Shown: positions 23,466-37,560, counted from the first letter of the stretch. The stretch: 64,000 nt of DNA from Malacoraja senta (GCA_038087875.1 CM075977.1:265670001-265734000), one strand, 5' to 3'. Notes: generated from the sequence alone by a model not told the origin. Numbers and translations: made by a program.

Positions 23466-24006
23466 ATGAATACCTCATTAAGATGGAATGTGATGTAGCT
23501 AATTCTGGGACTAGAAGTGAAGTAATTTGCCACTTCTACTTTGTATTAAGCTATTTATGCTTGGAACTTGGAACACTAAAAGGAAGCCTCACTTTTGACC
23601 ATCAATTTCAGAGGTATATGATATTAATTGAAAGCTGTTGCTTAAAATCAGACATACACATAATTTGTTGCTGCTTTGAGGAGAAGTGACATTATTGTGT
23701 TGTTATCAGTACTGAAACTATATGGAAGTGTCAGGATGCAGTGTGACTTAAGTTTTCTTCCCATTGCATACGTTATGCATAGACAGACACGATCGAGTGT
23801 GCAATTTAATTTTGTTTTAGAACTGATATAAAAATATAAATAATTTGGTGTGAAATGAATGATATATAATATTGTAGAATAGGAAGATTTGGCATTTAAT
23901 TCTGCAAAGGAATAAATTGCACTTTCCAATATTGTTCAATGTCACTTATATTATTTGTTCTATATTCATTGCTGATTTGCTTACAAATAAAAGAAAATCT
24001 ACCTAC

Positions 24007-24155
24007 CCTCTCTGCAGAATTCTCCTTCCCAGCCTGGATTACAGCAGCATATTCCTGTAGGCGTGCAAAGTCCATTTCTACACAGATGCGAGCACTCTGC
24101 TGCCAATGGTTGTGGAGGCAACACTAATTTCTTACATTCTTCTGGAACCAAGGGT
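24007..24155 (-). CDS. HHIP: HHIP exon 12 equivalent (EGF1): PLVPEECKKLVLPPQPLAAECSHLCRNGLCTPTGICCCNPGWEGEFCRE
   Basis: Manual translation gives the characteristic CRNGxCTPTGxCCCxPGWEGxFC. Acceptor TTTTAAACCAG, donor GTAGGT, 149 bp. Confidence 0.96.
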
Positions 24156-24492
24156 CTGGTTTAAAATAAAAATAATAACAAATGTTTATTCTGTTTGGTG
24201 AAAAAGTATATTATGTCAAATCTCTGCTGGTTTATGGTCATAGAGAGATACATCACAGAAACAGGCCCTTCAGCCCATGAGTCCACACCCACCGTCCTTA
24301 CACACTAATCCTATACTAATCCCATTTTTTATTCTCCCTACATTCTCTTCATAGATTCTACCTTTCACCTACAGAATGAGGCCATTTTACAGTGTCTAAT
24401 TAACCTACCAACTCACTTGTCTTTGTTATGTGGGTGGAAACTGAAGCACCCAGAGGAAATCAATGTGGTCCCAGGGCAAATGTGCAAACTCA

Positions 24493-24810
24493 AGGGTGGC
24501 ACAGTGGCGCAGCGATAGAGTTGCTGCCTTACAGCACCAGAGACCCAGGTTCGATCCTGACTATGGGTGTTGTCTCTACAAAGTTTGTACGTTCTCCCGG
24601 TGACCCGTGTGGGTTTTCTCCAGGTGCTCCGATTTCCTCCCACACTCCAAAGACATGCAGGTTTGTAGGTTAAATGGCTTCGGTAAAATTGTAAATTGTC
24701 CTTAGTGTGTAAGATAGTGTTAGTGTATAGTGTGATTGCTGGTCGGCGTGTACCAAACCGAAGGGCCTGTTTCCGCGCTGTATCTCTAAAGTCTAAAGTA
24801 AAGTCCAAAG
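24493..24810 (+). mobile_element. tRNA-derived SINE (HE1-like), full length, nested in an older opposite-strand SINE (about 24240-24850)
   Basis: A-box TGGCGCAGCGATAG, B-box GGTTCGATCC, CR1-type tail GAAGGGCCTGTTTCCGCGCTGTATCTCTAAA. Confidence 0.85.
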
Positions 24811-27800
24811 CCAACACAGGTCATGATTGAACCTGGGTCTCTGGCACTTTTTATCGACGTAACCAATTCAATCATTCAGATCAATCACTATCTTTTGAAA
24901 CACTATTTATTTTAAGGATGAAACAATCACAAATAGACACACTGTGCCTGTATGACAATGTCCAGAATTTGCAGGCATTGTTGAACCATTTTTGGGCTTG
25001 ACGCTGACCTATGAACCCTTACATTATGTCGTAACCCAGCCAGAACCTGCCAAAAGAAGCTCACCTGATCCTCTATGATGAATAGTTATTTTTGGTAAAA
25101 ATAGGAAGAGATGAGATGCTAACAACTAGTCCCACCACAAAACAGCTGAATGAAACTTAAAACAGTCATACCTTCCAATTTTGACAACTGTTCAAATTAT
25201 TCAAATTATTAAATTTTGAAATATGATTATAATTGTAAAAAATAATAATTGCCAATAAATTCAAGCAATTACTAATAACTAAAGTTACATATTCATATCA
25301 TGGTCCCTTGCAGTAATTTCCTTTGGAACGAATAGAAAATAACTACCTATGCCAATTCTACCCTGGCACAGGACTTCAAATGTTTTTCCTTCTGTATGTG
25401 ATGGGTAATCTCTGCAATTCTGAACTATATGAGGACTTCAGTGTCAAAATATAATTGGAAAAACACAAGTGAACAGCTGAATGTAAGTTCAGGACAAAAA
25501 AGAGTTAAAGTATGCATATGCAAACATTTCAAACTTGGGTTTCTGTAGTAATCTGAGATGTTATTTTGCGTGCTATTTTAACAGAAGGTTATTCAGTTTA
25601 TTTCAAATGCAACAGTGGCTTCTCAAGTGTAATTTTCTATGTTATTGCTTGGAAGTTATATTACAATATGAATGTAATTAGACTCAGTATTAAATAAATC
25701 TCAGACAGGCTGAATAGACTTCACATAATGGATTGATGATCAAAAATAATGACGTTACACGACAATAAACGAACATGCATTCTGGAATGGAAACGTACAA
25801 AACAATATATTTTAATGTAAACCTGAACATGTTCTCGAAATGGAAGCTGAATAAAACTGATGGACTCCTGGAGTATGTGGACTGGCACTAACCTTGCTTA
25901 GTGATATAATGCTCAGAGATTCATGGCTAAGTTATGCAAAAAAGATAAATCTGGTTGCGTGATTAAATGGAAATCATGTCAGATGACTGACATTTGTATG
26001 AAGAGTTTACATAGATGTATAAAACAGACTAAACAGTTTGCATACATGATAAAAGCATCACACCATATTTTTTTAAGTTACACAGAGTCGCTTCTATTGT
26101 AAATCATACAGGATCAAGTTACTTTTTATCTTCCGTGCAAGCTTTGTACTTTCCTGTCTACCAATACCAACTACTGGAAGTGACCAAATGGTTTAGTTTA
26201 AACAGTCACTGCAATCCCTTGTATTAACACTTAGAGTAATGCAAATTACTTTACTTAACTTGGCATGGTCGTGCTTTGGAGCCACCAAACAGTAACCTCA
26301 TTCACGATCATTTGTTTTGATATATTTTAATATTATTAAGTTGACTTTATCTTAAATGGGTTTACAGAATATTCAGGATAGGCCGTTCAATCCAACCCAT
26401 ATGAGTATCTCACTAAATCCATCATCACAATCAGCCTCAATTACCTACTTTACATGAGAGCCAGTTTCATATTCTCATCATTCTAAAATCTCTCCTAAAC
26501 AGATAGGGGCATGGGGACAGATGAGTTATGAAACAATGAGGAAAACAGGGGTAATGCAGCCGGCCTCTACAATAATTAACAAGCATGTTCAGGGGTTATG
26601 GGGAGAAGGCAGGAAAATGGGGTTAGGAGGGAGAGATAGATCAGCCATGATTGAATGGCAGAATAGACTTGATGGGCTGAATGGCCTAATTCTGCTCTTA
26701 TGACCTTATGTTATGAACCTGCATTTACATTCATAACTGTTCACCATGCCCTCCAGAAGAGGTTAAAATGAAATTCTTGCAGAACCTTCTGCTTCTAAAT
26801 TACTCGATGGACATAGAACAACAGAACAGTAAAGCGCAGGAATGAGCCCTTCGGCCCACAATGTTTGTGCTGAACATGATGCCAAGTTAAACTGATCTCA
26901 TCTGCCTGCAGACAAAAAATGCTGGAAACTCATCGAAGGAATAGGTGACGTTTCGTCTACTCATCTGCCTGTACATTATCCATATCGCTCTGTCCCCTGC
27001 ACTTCCATGCATATATTCAAACACCTCTTAAATGTATTTGAATTTAGTATTGATATCCTCTCTTTTGCACTTCTACAAAATTTGGTTTCTTGCCTTCAGG
27101 AAATAAAAAGCCTTCCTATTGCTCATGTTTAATTATATTATTCTTCAGATGTTATTTGTCTGTCCACGCAGTAAGTTTCTTTATTCCTCATTGAACTTTA
27201 AGGAAGATCTCCCTGTTATAAGTTATACTCCTCAATTTCCTATCCTTTGCAAAGTTTAACATTCTATCATGACCCAGTCCCATTATTTAGGTCAAAGAAA
27301 GAGGCGGCAATGTGTCAGAGGCAAAATATAAAAGAGAATGGAATGGTAATGATTGCAAGCTTGAAGATGTGGCATAGGTGGGGAGGACGGAGGGACAAAG
27401 TCTATCCTGTAAAACACTGGCGTAACAAAGGATGGGCATGTCAGAATCATGGATTTGAGGAGGAAATGGAATGAAGATGCAGCAAAAGAGGCTGATAATA
27501 TGAAAATGGATCTAAATATCTTCCTAAGGTGTGGAGTTGGAATATCAATCGGAGGTAAACAGTCAGTGGTGAAAGACTTGACTTTGTTGTGGAAACCGAA
27601 GATTGTGTATTTGGTTTTCAATGTTTATCTAAAGCAAATTAACAAATATCCCACATGGGTGCTGGACATACAGTCTGACAAAAAAAAAGAGACAGATATA
27701 TGGTGTTGTTTCAAGCAATATAAAGGATCTAGAATAGAAGAATGTTAAATAAAGTTTCAGCAGACACAAAAATACAGTTTTATGGCAACTACACATGCAA

Positions 27801-28654
27801 GGAATTTAGGTCAAGTTGGAAAAGAGATCTAGAACGTTAATTTTTATTTCATAAAATGGGTGAAAATTATAGTTTTTAAAATTGAATGGACTCCTATGGA
27901 TCTCGTACTTTCTTGTGAATTCCAATGGGGACTAAAATGATGAACTATCCTGTGAGTTGATCCAGAAGCTCCAATCCCAGGAATGGGATGTTGCAAACTA
28001 GCTAGAAGATGATGCAAAAAAAGTTGAAATAAACAGAAAATGCTAGGGAAAGGGTAATTAAAAAAATATCCCTTTTTGAGGTGCTAAATATATGCTCCAT
28101 TTGATGCTGTCATCTATTCTGACCATTGGAATTATTCAGCAAATATGGTATTGGTTTATTATTGCCACGTGTACCAAGATAGAGCAAAAATCCTTGCTGC
28201 TATGCAGTCAATACATACCACACATGGGTACCATCAAGCCATGCACAAGTACAGCAGGCAGTGCAAAGATAAAAAACACTAGAGTACAGAATATAATGTT
28301 ACAGCGTTATAGTTTCAAAGAAGGTGCAGATTAAAAGTGGGGGGGCTACAAATGAGGTAGGCTGCAGAAATCAGGACCACACCCGTAGTTTATGAAATAA
28401 AAGCAGAGCTAAGGTGATGTGCATGCAAGATTGCAGGATCATGTTTTACATCTGAACCTGTTGGGAATTGCATGAAAAAGCGTGATCAACGTGGAGAACA
28501 TCAAACCTTACAGGTTCTCCCTCCCGGGCAGCCACGGAGCAGCTGCAAACACTACAGAAGAAAACACAGGGGAAGGATACCTTTTTATCTCCTGTGGGTT
28601 TGAAACGTCTCTGCGATGATCTGCTCCAATTGAGCTCTGCCACAAATTACCCCA

Positions 28655-29082
28655 GAGTCACACAGCATGGAACAAAAAACCCTTTGGTTCAACTTGTCCA
28701 TGCCGACCAAGATGCCCCATCGAAACGTCCCATTTGCTCACATTTTGCCTATATCCCTTTGAACTTTCCTATCCATGTACCTCTCCAGATGTCTTTTAAA
28801 TGTTGTTATTGTATCTGCCTCAACTACTTCCTCTGGCAGCTCATTCCATAGTCCCCACCTTCTGTGTGAAAATTTGCCTTCAAGTTCCTATTAAATCTTT
28901 CTCCTTTCGCATGAAACCTATGCCCTCTAGTTCTTGATTCCCCAACTCTGCAATAAAGACTCCGTGCATTCAGCATTTCTATTCTCCCCATGATTTTATA
29001 CACCTCTACAATATCATCCCTCAGTCTCCTGCATTCCAAGGAATAAAGTCCTGGCTGATCCAACCACTCCCTATAGCTCAGG
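28655..29082 (-). mobile_element. CR1 3' fragment
   Basis: GLYSLECRRLRDDIVEVYKIM remnant. Confidence 0.8.
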
Positions 29083-30031
29083 TCGAGTACCCAATGGCCT
29101 CACAGCACTCTGGGGTGTGATGTGTTCAAGAGAGCAGAGATCACAGCATGCAGCTCTCATGTGATTGTACAAAAGGCTGGGAACAGTGAGGAGAATTGAC
29201 TAATGCAGTTTCTACCTTTGCATTTACTAGCTTACTAGCAAGATGCTAACGACACAGTGCTGACCTTTTAACTGATGCCTCATTGTTGGCCATACTGTGT
29301 ACGGTGCTCTACCTTCTTCTGTAACTGATTGTAGGTTTCACCCAAAACTCCAATTCATGTCAGAAGGGCAGAAATCGTGCAGCACACAGGTTGTGGGGTC
29401 AATAAGTGCACAAATCCATTGAGTGAAACATCAGTCAGGGTCAGGTAAATCACGCTTGAAATTGCCCACTCTAATTTCCTGATGGGTGTGATTTCACCCA
29501 GAAAATATCACTCATGTGATCTAACCCTGGTAAAATTGCTTTTTTGTATGATCTGCATATGAAAATGTTCACAACATTATCTGATTTCAAAACAATAGTT
29601 TCTATCTCGATAGATGCTCTCTGACGCACTAAATATTTCAGCATGTTCTGTAATACCACAGATTTAGTTTGTTTAAAAAATAGATTTATATATGTTTTTA
29701 TAAATAAGAAGCATGCTATGAATTACAATTTTTAAAGATAATTGGTGTGATAATGTACATGCCCACCTGCCAAATTAATTCATTCAGTTTACATTATTTC
29801 TAACAAGTATTTATTTATCTTCTGCAAAGAATGTTTCAGTGAGGGGCAGACAGTTTGTGTTAAAAAATAAGCAAAGACATGTGTAACATAATCATAGAAA
29901 TCTTGTGTTTTTCCCCACCTAATTAGCCATGATTTTCTTTCACAATAGAAATTAATTTGATCCCGTAAACTTACATCAGAAACCACTCTATGAATCTGTG
30001 TCATGTTCTAAACTAAAATATATTCACCTAC

Positions 30032-30519
30032 TGTAGTGGCCATTTGGTTTGTTTTGTGTGTCATTAATTATAGCATGTGTCTTTAAATTTTAGACTGCCC
30101 GTTATATTGTGGGTGGGATTCATGACGTATTTTAGGGCGTATTTGGAGCTACGTTTCTTGCACAGATGTTTAGTTTTTAGTTTAGTTTTGGACCAGCATG
30201 AGGAAGGCATACCCTTTGACCATGCGAAGTGTAACGGAGACACGAGGAGTTTTCTAACCTTTAAAGAGATATGCTGGAGTTTGAAGAAGATTATAGTGTA
30301 CGAGTCGGAAGAAGGTTGGATGTGTGCCTTATTGTTTTTCATCAACAATAAAGAATCTATTAATCAAAAGACTGTGTTATGAAGATTTATCTGTGAAGAA
30401 GCTCTGAAGGTCTCTGACGGAGAGCTCGCATGCGTATAACGACATTCTCCTTAATCATGTAGTACACTTAGTGGCTTGAGGGAGTAATCTCTTGAACGAT
30501 ATAGAAATCTGTCGCTACA
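30032..30519 (+). mobile_element. Solo LTR (488 bp) with 5-bp TSD
   Basis: Begins TGTAGTG and ends CGCTACA (TG...CA, imperfect terminal inverted repeat). Flanked by CCTAC at 30027-30031 and 30520-30524. AATAAA at 30347-30352; CpGs retained. Confidence 0.85.
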
Positions 30520-30759
30520 CCTACGTCTGAATAAATATCCACAAACAGCAGGTATTATGGTCAGTCCAGCCAGTTGGTGGAACCTGAGAATCTATTTCAA
30601 ACAATTACAATGGAAGCTGATTGTGCCATCTCATTTAAAATGCACTATGTTCTGATTTCATATTGACATTAGGAATAGTTTATTCAATTCCACACCCCAA
30701 TCAAAGCTAGATTGAAATTTTATCTCTTTAAAAAAAAATCTTGCTTTATAACAATTCAA

Positions 30760-31012
30760 CATTTAGTTTAGTTTAGAGATACAGCATGGAAACAAGCCTT
30801 TCAGCTCACCGAGTCCGCACCCATTCATTTGTTCTATGTGAACCCAGTTTTGCATCCTACACACTAGGAGCAATTTACAGAAACCAATTAACCTACAAAC
30901 CTACGTGGTTCCAGGGAGAACGTATAAACTCTGTACAGACCGCACCCATAGCCAGGAACAAATCCGAGTCTCTAGCGCAGTAAACAGCAATTCTACTGCT
31001 GCGCCACTGCCA
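30760..31012 (-). mobile_element. HE1-like SINE, internally deleted
   Basis: Same tail and head motifs. Confidence 0.7.
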
Positions 31013-34000
31013 TCCCATTCGTACATGGTCATTTCTCATAGTTTCAGTAGGCAGTCTGTAAAATGGGGCAAAGATATGGGGCAGACATAAAGACACTGAC
31101 CCAATTTTTGCAGGAAATTGTTGATAAAATTACTTTGGTATTTCCATGCACGGGCAAGGGTAATTTGTTGCTGGATTGCATCTAATGTTCGTTTCTAATG
31201 GGGTAGTAACTTCGGCAAAATGCCTTCTGCTTAAATCCTGGCAGAAATGAGTCTTTGGCTGGGAGCCCCTACTCTGAATTGCAAATAAAAATGTGCCTCC
31301 TGAGAATTGAGAGTAAGGCTATATTCAGATGGCCATCAGTCAGACCCATGCTGCAGTTTTGGGGGGGGGGGGGGGTGGGTGTCGGTGCATGGGATTAGTG
31401 CTCGAATATATAAGGATTGGACCTGTGTGGTGGTTTGCGAAACTCGGTTAACATAGAACTAATGAACGGGTGCGGACTTGGTGAGCCGAAAGGCCAGTGG
31501 TGGTTTGAAGAGTGGTTTTCCAGGAGCAGTCTGAAGATTAGGATTGGTGAGGAGAACTCAGTTTCATTGCAATAAAGATTATGGCAGAGACTGAGAGGTT
31601 TGAATGTCAAGGCTTCCATTGAAGACCTTGGATTATTGGGGCTTGGTGCTTCATCAGTAACACAGGAGGCCAGATGTATGAGAGGTAGGTAAGGATAACA
31701 TTATCATGTGCAGTGCAATATGGAAATTGTGTCAAATCAGAAAGGTGTTTCAAATGAAGGTGTTTCATAAAATAGCCTAGAAATGGCCATTGTCTCCTTT
31801 TGCTCAAGGTAAGATTGATTTCCTCCTCTGAAACACACAGAATAATGGAAATGAAATCCTTGTCAACTTTAAAAACTTTCAAATGTATTCTTTATCAAAT
31901 GCCTAATGAATTTTCATTCTTCAAGGTTTTTAAAAACATTTAGATTTTTGTAAAAGAACGTTTTAGATTTTTGGCTCTTCTTTGAAATTTTAAACTATGA
32001 AAAAGATCGTGTTTTAATCTTGGCTGTATTGGTTAAGAGATGTGGCTTCACTGACTATCAAAGTACTATGCTATGTTATGTGGGTGAGCCTTGGTTTGCC
32101 CTCTATCTGTCCCTTTCATTCTCTCCAACAACCTCAACTATTGTTACAACCCTAGGTTGTAATATTGTATAATTTGATATTGTTCAATGCACGTTCCTAA
32201 ATGCAAAATGCTTGGCTAGTTTAATGGAATGACCGATACTCTTGTACTTAAGATTGCCTCGAGCACACTCAGAAACTGAAAGTACATGGCAGTGTAAGCA
32301 GTGAAAAAATTCCCATTAGTGGCAAATTAGTGAACCTTTGTTCTGCAAGTCCACCGATGAAGAATTCACTCTGTAAACTTAACTTACAAATGATGTTCTC
32401 CAATCAGTTAAGGATGGATATGGACCTAGAGTTGAAAGGTTAATATCCAACCCACTGTGCCACCCAGTTTGCACAACCCACCAACATTGTTGTCCATTTG
32501 TACAACTATGGGAACTACATCAATCATTAAATATTTGTAGAGAAAATATTGAACCAATGCCCAGGATTAGCAGAGGAAAATCATTGCAAGTAATATGAAG
32601 AATTACACTAACATTCATCTTGTTTAGGTAAGGCAGTGGAAAAGATTTCTCCTTTGTAAAAATAACTGAGGATATTTTACTCTGTATCTGTAGCAAAAGG
32701 AAATTAAAATCGTAATGCATAAATGCATGATTTCTGGTGTCAGAACACTATAATTAAAACTTGCAGGAGATTAATACTGTACTGGCATCTTCTAGTCTAC
32801 AGCCTTTAACAGCTATGACACTTTTGAAAAATGATACCCACTCTGCCTTGCATTGATGGCAATAGCTCAAAGGTCAGCACAAATACTAAACAGTTTGTAT
32901 TACTATCAGGGTGGCCATGAAAACAACACCTGCTGTACAAGCCACTTGACCAAACAGCTGGGTCAACAGTCGCTGTGGGAATTTATCAATGTAACATCTA
33001 TCACAGGAGAGGGCAAGAATCTACTACCGTTCTCTGAAGTTAGTTTAAGTGTTTGGAAAGTTGAAATACACACACATTATTATTAAAGCTCTTAAGGGAA
33101 TGGTTTCTGCGTGTGGCTGAGTAATTGAGATAAGCAATCTGGGGCAATGTTATGCTCACTGACTAAATTCATAACATAATGCTAATTTTAGTACGTCACC
33201 CTTTACGAAGAATGATATTAATTCACAAGGAAAAATGAATAGCCAAACATTATATAAAGCTGAAAACGTTAAAAAACACTACTGGCAAAAAATATTGTTA
33301 ATTAATAGCTTAAAGGCAAAAATAATTGGGAATACTCCAACTAGTCATCTATGGGGCCGGGGGGTGCGGAGAGTGCGGGTAGGAATGGGGAGGATTGAGT
33401 AAGCTGCCAAAATACAGGAGCCACTCTTTCAGCCACTGTAGCACATTATGCTCATCACATCACCACTGTAACCCATTACCATGGATCAGCACAGTGCAAT
33501 GTGAGGTCCCAGTGTAACCCTCCAGATACTTCAATTTCCAGACCACCCCGCTAGCCTGGGCAAAGTGAGCACAAAACCAAGGTCAGGCAAGCTAGTCTCT
33601 TGAAATCAGATACAGGACTGTATTAGGCATAATGCACAACCTATTCATACAGCCAAACTCAAATCACGTAATCCAATTTGGGAAGAATTGTTTGTTATCT
33701 GACATTGTAGCATGTCCAGCTCGTTGCAATCCTGTTCTGGTGTGCATAATAATTGTTCCTTTGGATCATAAGACTGACTTCTTCACCACTGATTTCTTAA
33801 TTAGCATGATTTAATGCAAATAATTTACTTATGGCATCTCACCATGAACGAACAAATTTATAAAATACCCTTAACGTAGCAAAATGGCCCAAGGAAATTC
33901 ATAGGTGTAGCAGCAAACATCATTCAACAATGAACAAGCTCAGAAGACCAAAAGGTTGCTCAGGGTGGCTCCTAAGACTGTTTTAAGGGAGGGAAGAGAA

Positions 34001-34804
34001 GGCAGAGTCGTTTCAGGAGGGAATAGCAGAGTTTAAGCACGAGTGCCAGTAATTCAAAGTGTGGATCCAGAAATTACAGCTGGTTACAAACCTTGGGAGG
34101 GGTACAATCAAGAAGGCATTTGAAAGCATGAATGTGTATTTTACAACTGAGACATTGTTGGATTGAAGCAATAGCGAGAACGGGGGTGAAGGGTGTAAGA
34201 TAGGATTACAATGTTCACAATTAATTAAAATTTATAGGGAATCGTTTGCTTTTGAGTGCCTTATAAATCCAAGCTATACGTGGTTCTGCATCACTTGGAT
34301 GTACATGGTGGAGATTTTTCCAGAATTTTGCTACCAAACACTAATTATTTTGTGTAATATTTTGATGAAGGGTCTCCAACCTGAAACATGAACTATTTTT
34401 CTTCCCTCAGATGCGGCCTAACTTGGAATGGAATAGAATACTTTATTGTCACATGTGACAAGGCACAGTGAAATGCTTTGCTTGCCTATCCAAGGTATGT
34501 AAATAGTCGCCACATAAGGGCGCTAACAAAGTTACAAACTAGCTGTGCCAGACTCCCCTTTGTTTTCCCCCCATGCCGGGTCCTCCATTGTTCTTCCCCC
34601 CTCCCCCTCCCTCATGGTGATGTCCCCATGCCGGGTCCTCCATTGATTGTGTAGTATTTTCCAGCAATTTTAGTTTATGCGTTAGATTTCCAGCATCTGC
34701 AGTTTCCCCTCTGGTGTATCTTGTGCTGTCATGGTGCCATACTGCCAGAAATGTGGATGACTACTCCCACATCTGCCTCACCACCTCTGCTTTAGCAATT
34801 CCAA

Positions 34805-35355
34805 TTGATTCTAGTGAGACCACACCTGGAGTATTGTGTGCAGTTTTGGTCCCCTAATTTGAGGAAGGACATTCTTGCTATTGAGGGAGTGCAGTGTAGG
34901 CTTACAAGGTTAATTCCCGGGATGGTGGGACTGTCATATGCTGAGAGAATGGAGCAGCTGGGCTTGTACACTCTGGAGTTTAGAAAGATGAGAGGGAATC
35001 TCATTGAAACATATAAGATTGTTAAGGGTTTGGACACGCTAGAGGCAGAAACATGTTCCCGATGTTGGGGGAGTCCAGAACCAGGGGCCACAGTTTAAGA
35101 ATAAGGAGTAAGCCATTTAGAACGGAGACGAGGAAACACTTTTTCTCACAGAGAGTGGTGAGTCTGTGGAATTCTCTGCCTCAGAGGGTGGTGGAGGCAG
35201 GTTCTCTGGATGCCTTCAAGTGAGAGCTAGATAGGGCTCTTAAAAATAGTGGAGTGAGGGGATATGGGGAGAAGGCAGGAACGGGGTACTGATTGGGGAT
35301 GATCAGCCATGATCACATTGAATGGCTGGCTCGAAGGGCCGAATGGCCTACTCCT
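34805..35355 (+). mobile_element. CR1 LINE 3' fragment (tail continues at 37492-37517 beyond the L1 insertion)
   Basis: ORF LVRPHLEYCVQFWSPNLRKDILAIEGVQ. Confidence 0.9.
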
Positions 35356-37491
35356 TTCTTTCTTTTTAAATCTTTTTATTCGTTTTTTTCCAAAAAACAA
35401 AAACAAAACAAAAAACAAAACAAAAAGAATAATGATAAACATAACAATGATATTGATACATAGGGATCAGGATTACATTAATAACAGGTATAACCTAAAT
35501 ATGAGTCCAGTGTCAAAATACACATTGAATATAGACCTCCCGGTCTCTATGTAAATATAGTTAAATGTTTAAAAGAAAACTTATATATGTAGAAAAAAAA
35601 CAAAAAACTAAAAAGAAAAAAAAAGAAAGAAAAGAGAAAAAAGGAAGAAACAAACCCCCCTTAAACTAGAAAAAAAAGTAAAACAGAATCTGAGCTGAGA
35701 ATTTCAACAATTTAAGTCCCTGTTTGTCATCGTCCGTTCAACCATATAAAGGTAAAATAATTTCTATAACGGTTGGAGAGGGAGCAATATATGTTGTGTG
35801 AAAGTGTTGAATAAAATTTCCCCAAGTCTTATCAAATTTAACCAAGGGTTCAACAATGTCACTCCTGATTTTTTCTAAATTTAAACATGATATCGTTTCA
35901 GAGTACCAATGGAGTGTGGTCAGAGGGTTAGAGTCTTTTCACTTAAATAAAATAGATCTTCTGCCGATTAATGTGGTAAAAGCAATCAGCTGATGGGCGG
36001 AACGGGACAAATGAATAGAATCCAACATTGGTAGCCCAAAAATTGCAGTAATAGGATGAGGTTGTAAATCAATACCTAAAACTACAGAAATAGTATCAAA
36101 AATGTCTTTCCAATATGTTTCCAAAAGTGGGCAGGACCAAAACATATGGGTCAGTGGGGCCACTTCAGAGTTACATCTGTCACAGGTAGGATTTATAAGA
36201 CCATAAAAACGAGCTAACTTATATTTTGACATATGAGCTCTGTGAACCACCTTGCATTGTATCAGAGCGTGTCTTGCACACATTGAGGAAGTATTAACTA
36301 ATTGAAGAATCCTCTCCCATTTCTCTATAGATAAAGAAATTTGGAGTTCTCTTTCCCAGTCATTCTTAATTTTATCAAATATATCTATTTGTAATTTCAA
36401 AATCAACTCATAAATAGTCGTTATTAATTCTTTCTGATAAGGGTTCAAATGTAATTTTTTTCCCCAAGATTTCGGTTTGATGTGGTAGCGGAAAAAAGGG
36501 CAGAGTAGCCTTCAAAAAAATGTCTAATTTGTAAATATCTAAAAAAGTGTGAATTAGGTAAATTATATTTATTGGAAAGTTGTTCAAAAGACATAAAACA
36601 ACCATCCAAAAACAAATCACGAAAAGCTACTAATCCCTTCCTCTTCCATAACAGAAAGGTTTGATCAGTACTAGAAGGTTGGAAGAGAGTTAGATAAAAT
36701 AGGACTCGATAAGATAAAATCATTCAGTCCAAAAAACTTACGAAATTGAAACCATATTCGAAATGTATGTCTTATTATTGGGTTAGTCGTATATTTATTA
36801 AATCTCGTAAATTGTAAAAGGTAACGAGGCCCCTAGAATAGAAGCCAATGATAGCCCTTGTATAGAATCACGTTCAAGATTTATCCATCCTGGGCATTGG
36901 GTATCTTCTAAATCTTTTGTCCAAAACGTTAAATAACGAACATTAACTGCCCAATAGTAGAATCTAAGGTTCGGCAGTGCCAAACCACCGTCATTTTTTA
37001 ATTTCTGTAAGTATTTTTTACTTAGTCTGGAATTTTTATTCTGCCATATATATGAAGACATTTTGGAATCAATAATATCAAAGAAAGATTTGGCAATAAA
37101 TCGTCTGAAATAAATACAAACATTTAGGTAAGATAAACATTTTAACAGCATTGATTCGGTCGATTAAAGATAAGGACATTGGTGACCATTTAGTAAACTG
37201 TTGTTTGATATGGTCAATTAAAGGCATAAAATTAGCTTTAAATAAATCCTTGTGTTTCTTGGTAATCTTAATACCTAAATAAGTAAAACTTTTGGTAGTC
37301 AATCTAAGTGGAAACTGTCCATAATTCAAAACTAGATTGTTTAATGGTAAAAGCTCACTCTTGCTAAGATTTAGTTTATAACCAGAGAAACTAAAGTTAT
37401 GCTACTATTGCCGGAATAGATTTCTCAGGGTTAGAAATGAATAATAACAGATCATCTGCATAGAGATAGCTTGCTGCCACTAGGAGAGTCA
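35356..37491 (-). mobile_element. 5'-truncated L1/Tx1-clade LINE (RT C-terminal part, zinc knuckle, 3' UTR) inserted into a CR1 3' tail
   Basis: Fragments SLYADDLLLFISNP, FTYLGI, DGGLALPNLRFYYWA and CDRC...HMFWSC. A-rich tail. 10-bp TSD GCCTACTCCT at 35346-35355 and 37492-37501. Confidence 0.92.
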
Positions 37492-37560
37492 GCCTACTCC
37501 TACACCTATTGTCTATTCCATGAATTAAAATGGTGCCCCTCCCCCTTAAGAATTTCTGCC

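Noticed and set aside
24003-24006. Alternative exon 12 donor 4 nt downstream (AG|GTAGAT)
   Set aside because: It would shift the frame relative to exon 13; the donor after 24007 preserves phase.
24493-24570. tRNA gene
   Set aside because: The A and B boxes belong to a SINE head that continues into SINE body and tail.
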